A stretch of 64,000 bases of DNA, taken from the NCBI GenBank assembly GCA_014905635.1, contig JABVCE010000018.1, positions 1 through 64,000 of the forward strand, given 5' to 3'. A program made the translations under genes and the position numbers. Origin of the DNA: Scenedesmus sp. PABB004 (lineage: Eukaryota). The notes under the pieces are model-generated. The model saw nothing but the letters and a program-made list of their open reading frames with translations. It ran no database searches and had not been told where the DNA came from. This document shows, piece after piece, positions 59,863 through 64,000 of the stretch; position 1 is the first letter of the stretch, and every line of letters begins with the position of its first letter.

Positions 59863-62800
59863 ATGGCGCCATCGCCGCCCGCTGGCTCGCTGGCGCCGCC
59901 CGCGGCGCCGCGCCGGGCTCCGAGCAGCACCAGCGCCAAGGAGACGGTCAAGTACAAGTCCTACAGCAAGACGGAGGACGGCCTGCTCACAGCCAAGGCA
60001 GGGCGGCGGGGGCGCGCGCCCGGGCGCCGCCGTCGCTGGCTGCGCGCCGCGCGCGACTGCTCACAGCTGCCGCCGCCGCTGGCTGCAGTGGGCGCCGAGC
60101 CAGCTCCTGGCCGACCTGCAGCAGCCAACCCTGCACGCGGAGGGCTGGCGCCCCAAGCCGCAGGTGCTGGAGCTGCTCAACATCTCCGAGCACAGCCACC
60201 AGGCGCGCGCAGACTGCGCGCGCGCCGCCAGCGGCCGCATCAGCAGCTGCGCCAGCGCCAGTCGCTCCCGCGCCGTGCTACGCGGCGGGGCAGCCGCGGC
60301 GACGCGCACGCCCCGGCGCCCGCCGCCGCCCGCAGGTCGCGAGCAGCGTGGCCGTGGGCGAGCCGCTGTTCCAGCCCTCGCCGCCCGAGGTGGTGTTCCA
60401 CTCCTACGAGCCGTTCTGCCAGTGCGAGGCGACGCTGCGCCTGCGCAACAACGACAAGGTGCGGCGCCGCCGCCGCCCGGCGCGCGCGCGCGCGCGCTCG
60501 CGCCTGGCCGCACGCGACGCACGCACGCACGTGCGCGCGCGCCGTCGCTGCCGCGGCCAGGTGGCTCGCCGCGTCGCGGTGGAGGCGCTGGACAGCAGCT
60601 GCTTCCGCGTGTCGCGCGTGCCCGCGCCGGGGCAGGCGGTCGGCGGCAAGGTCGCGGCGGGCATGGAGGCGGTCTTCCGCGTAACCTTCACGCCCGACAG
60701 CGCCGGCAGCGCCGAGGCGGCGCTCGTCGTCGCCACGGAGCGGGAGCGCTTCGCGGTGCCGCTGCTCGCCATCGGCGCCGCGCCCGCGCTGGACCTGCCC
60801 GACGCGCTCGCGCTGCCGGCGGTCGGAGCCAAGCAGACGGCCACGCAGGCGCTGCTCGTCACCAACGTCGGCCGCGCGGCCGGCGGCTTCAGCTTTGCCG
60901 CCGCCGGCGCGGCGTTTGCGGTCGCGCCGGCGCGCGGCAGCCTCGCGCCGGGCGAGGCGCTGCAGCTGAGCCTCACCTTCACGCCGCCGTGCCCCGGCGA
61001 GCACGCGGGCGAGCTGCAGGTGTGCTACGACAACAGCCGCGCCACGTTCACGGCGCTGCGCGGGACGGGGCTCGCGCTGGACGTCGGGCTGTCGGAGGCG
61101 GCCGTGACCTTCCTGCCCACCAACATGGGCCGGCTCAGCCAGCGCACCGTGCGCGTGATCAACGCCAGCGACGTCGCGGTCGCGTTCAGCGTCCGCGCGC
61201 GGCCCAGCGCCGAGGCAGAGGCGGCGGCCACGCGTGCCGCGCTCGTGGCGGCGCAGCGCGTGGCGCCGTCAGGCGGCGGCGCGGCAGCGGCGCGGGGGCT
61301 GGCGAGCATTGGCGGCGGCCTGTGCGCGAGCCGCGCGGGCAGCCAGGCGCCGGTGCAGCTGCGCGCGTGGAGCATCGCGGCGGCGGCGGCCGACGAGGAG
61401 CTGGAGCTGCTGGAGTCTGAGCGCAGCGGCGCCAGCGCGGGCAGCAGCCAGTCGCAGCGGCAGCCGGAAGCGCAGCAGTCCCAGTCGCGCTGCAGCACGG
61501 CCGCCAGCGACGCGTCGAGCGCCGCCGATGCGTCGCTGCTGCTGGACGACGGCGTGCTCGCCGCGGCGCGCGCGGCCACGCGCGCGCGGCGCGAGCTGCT
61601 GGCCGACCGTCAGCTGTTTGCGACGCCCCACTTCAGCGCGTTCCCGCCCGAGGGCGTGGTGCACCCGCGCAGCGAGGCCGAGGTGGTGCTCCAGTTTGCG
61701 CCCGACTGCGCGGGCGAGTTTGGGGCCACCGCCTGGGTTGAGCTGCAGGGCGCGGGCGACCGCCTGCCGCTCGCGCTGGCGGGGCGCGGGCTGGGCGCGG
61801 TCGTCGCGTTTGCGTGCGACGTGCTCGACGTCGGCGGCGCCTTTGTCAACACGCAGCACGTCTACGAGGCGGAGCTGATGAACCGGGGCAAGGTCGACGC
61901 GGACTGGGCCCTCGCGCCCTGCCACACGCGCTTCGGCAGCAAGTTTGCGTTCACGCCGTCCGCCGGGCTGCTCGCGCCGGGCGCGACCGAGGTCATCCGC
62001 GCGTCGCTGCTCAGCGACGCGCTGGGCGCGTTTGACGAGTCGTTCCAGCTGCACCTGCGCGGCGGCGGGCCGCCGGTCGCGCTGACCATCCGTGGCCATG
62101 TGGTGGGGCCGCAGTTCTCCCTGGACGCCGCGGGGCTCGACTTTGGCGTCATGGCGTTTGGCTTCAGGCGCGGCGCGGCGCGCACGCCTCGGGGCAGCCG
62201 CGCGCCGCCTGCCGGGTGTCGCGCGCCGCCCCCGCCGCGCGCCCCCGGCGCGCCGAGCGCCCTGGCGGGCGCCGCCGCCTCGCGCGGCACCGCAGGTACT
62301 GCCGCGAGCTCGTGCTGACCAACACAGGCGCCATCCCGCTCGCGTTTGCGTGGCGCCTCGGCGACGAGGCCGGCCCCGGCGCGCGCGGCGACGTCGCCGT
62401 GCTGCCGCCGCGCGGCACGGTGCTGCCGCACGCGTTGCAGGCCGTGCGCGTCGAGTTCACGCCGTCGTGCGTGCAGCGCTACGCGCTCGTGCTGGCCATG
62501 GACATCCCTGGTGTCGGCGCGGGGGCGGCGGTGCTGCCGCTCACGGGCGAGTGCGCGGTGCCGCTCATCTGCCTGCCGCCCAGCGGGGAGCTGCTGGAGT
62601 ATGGGCAGGTCTACGTGCGCCACCGTTACGAGCGCACGTTCACGCTGGTCAACGACAGCAAGCTGCCAGCCAAGTTTGAGGTGCTGCCGCAGGTGAGCCC
62701 CCGAGCAGCGCGCCCGGCCGCTCCCACGCGCGCCTGTGCGCGCACGCGCTCGGCCTCGGCCGCGGGCGCGGGCGCCGCCGCACGCACACCCCGCCGCCGC

Positions 62801-64000
62801 GCCGCCGTGTGCCGCCGCGCCGCGCAGGACCAGCAGAGCCAGGCGCTGGCTGTGTACACGGCGGCCCCCGCGGCGGCGACCATCCCCGCCAAGGGCAGCG
62901 TGGCGGTGACGCTGGCGCTGGAGGCGGAGCGGCTGGGCCGGCTGCAGCTGCCCGTGTACGTGCGCGTCGCGGGCAGCCGCAACAAGCCGCTGCAGCTGGT
63001 CGCGGACGCCAGGGCGGTGGGGCCGTCGCTGGAGTTTGCGCTGCCGCCGCCTGCCGCAGCCGCGCCGCAGCAGCAGCAGGAGCAGCCCGACGCGTCGCTG
63101 GCGGGCGCGACCGCGGCGGCCGCGCCGGCGGCGGCGGCGGCGCCCGGCGACGGCTGCACCAGCGGCAGCGTCAGCGCAGGTGAGCCGACGGCGGCGGCAG
63201 CAGGCGCGGCGGATGCCAGCGGCAACGGCGCGGCGCCGCCGGCAGCGGCGGAGAGCGCTGTTGCCTCGGCCGGCAGCGGTGGGCCCGACGGCACGGCCGC
63301 GCTGCTGGCAGAGGAGAGCACCATCAGCCACGCTGCCAGCGTGGCCAGCACCAGCAGCAGAGCCAGGGGCGCTGGCAGGCGCGGGGGCCGGCCCAAGGCC
63401 AGCCGCGCGGGAGGCAAGCCGCCGGGGCCGCCGCCGCTCGAGTGGGCGGCGGGCGCGGCGATCGCGTGGGGCAAGGTCGAGGTGCTGCAGCCGCACGCGC
63501 GCGAGCTGCGGCTGCGCAACCCCACACCCGTCGATGCGCTGGTCAAGCTCTTTGTGGAGGGTCGCGACTCGGTGTTCGAGGTGCGGCCAGCGGACGAGGC
63601 GGCACGTTGTGGCGGGGCGGCGGCGCCGGTGCAGCCGCGCCAGCTCATGCCGCGCGCTGCCGGCGCAGGTGGAGCCGCGCGAGGTGGTGGTGCCGGCGAG
63701 CGGCGAGGCGTCTGTGGTCGTCAGCGTGCTGCTGGACGACACGGCCACGTTCCGGGACGTGCTGCACGCGCTGGTGGCGGAGGGCGCGGACGTCAACATC
63801 CCGCTGGAGGCGACAGGCGAGCGCCGGCGCGCACCGCTGCGGGCAGGGCTCACCAGCAGCGGCAGCTGCGCGGCGCGCTGAGCCCTGGGCTCGGCGTGCT
63901 GCCCGCCGCCGCCGCAGGGATCGGCAGCACGCTGGTGTCGGAGGTGCTGTCCCGCCCCGCGTTGGACTTTGGCGCGCAGTTTGTGGGCCGCCCGTGGCAG
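59863..64000 (+). CDS. HYDIN: HYDIN central-pair protein, 5' part (continues beyond the window)
   Basis: PLFQPSPPEVVF...LRLRNNDKVARRV, KVAAGME...VTFTPD and TERERFAVPL, followed by tandem ASH/Ig-like domains. Confidence 0.88.

Noticed and set aside
1..64000. Hundreds of long overlapping Ala/Arg/Pro/Gly-rich ORFs in the six-frame track
   Set aside because: Stops are rare at this GC content. These are shadow frames or read-through of stop-free introns, not genes.

Overview
Eukaryotic, extremely GC-rich DNA that looks like a chlorophyte green alga (intron-rich genes, myosin VIII, flagellar genes, TGTAA signal at the LINE 3' end). The window has two parts. (1) About 1-22,200 is a gene-free repeat island. 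A 171-177 bp GC-rich tandem satellite is invaded by one poly(A)-tailed L1-clade LINE family that repeatedly inserts into itself. An 11-bp target-site duplication brackets a 10.2-kb nested block, and two of the units are double-tailed, head-to-head. The island also holds a truncated Ty1/copia polyprotein and several fragments of a second, RTE/RTEX-like LINE with (TATCTT)n tails. (2) About 22,700-64,000 is a dense run of about 15 spliced genes: an unknown coiled-coil protein, CFAP73/CCDC42, RPB10, an FN3-repeat membrane protein, an amino-acid transporter, Era GTPase, myosin VIII, holocytochrome c synthase, a hypothetical protein, Fes1/HspBP1, an RMDN-like TPR protein, a TraB-family protein, a second hypothetical protein, an ABC-F protein and the 5' part of HYDIN. 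The most notable signals are: about 18 of about 70 hand-reconstructed introns use GC rather than GT donors, with a GYGCG consensus; the satellite plus self-nesting L1 island resembles a centromere or heterochromatin knob; and the myosin VIII tail carries about 23 novel-looking 19-24 aa helical repeats. All calls come from reading the sequence by eye; no searches or alignments were run. Most long ORFs in the supplied track are GC-content artefacts.
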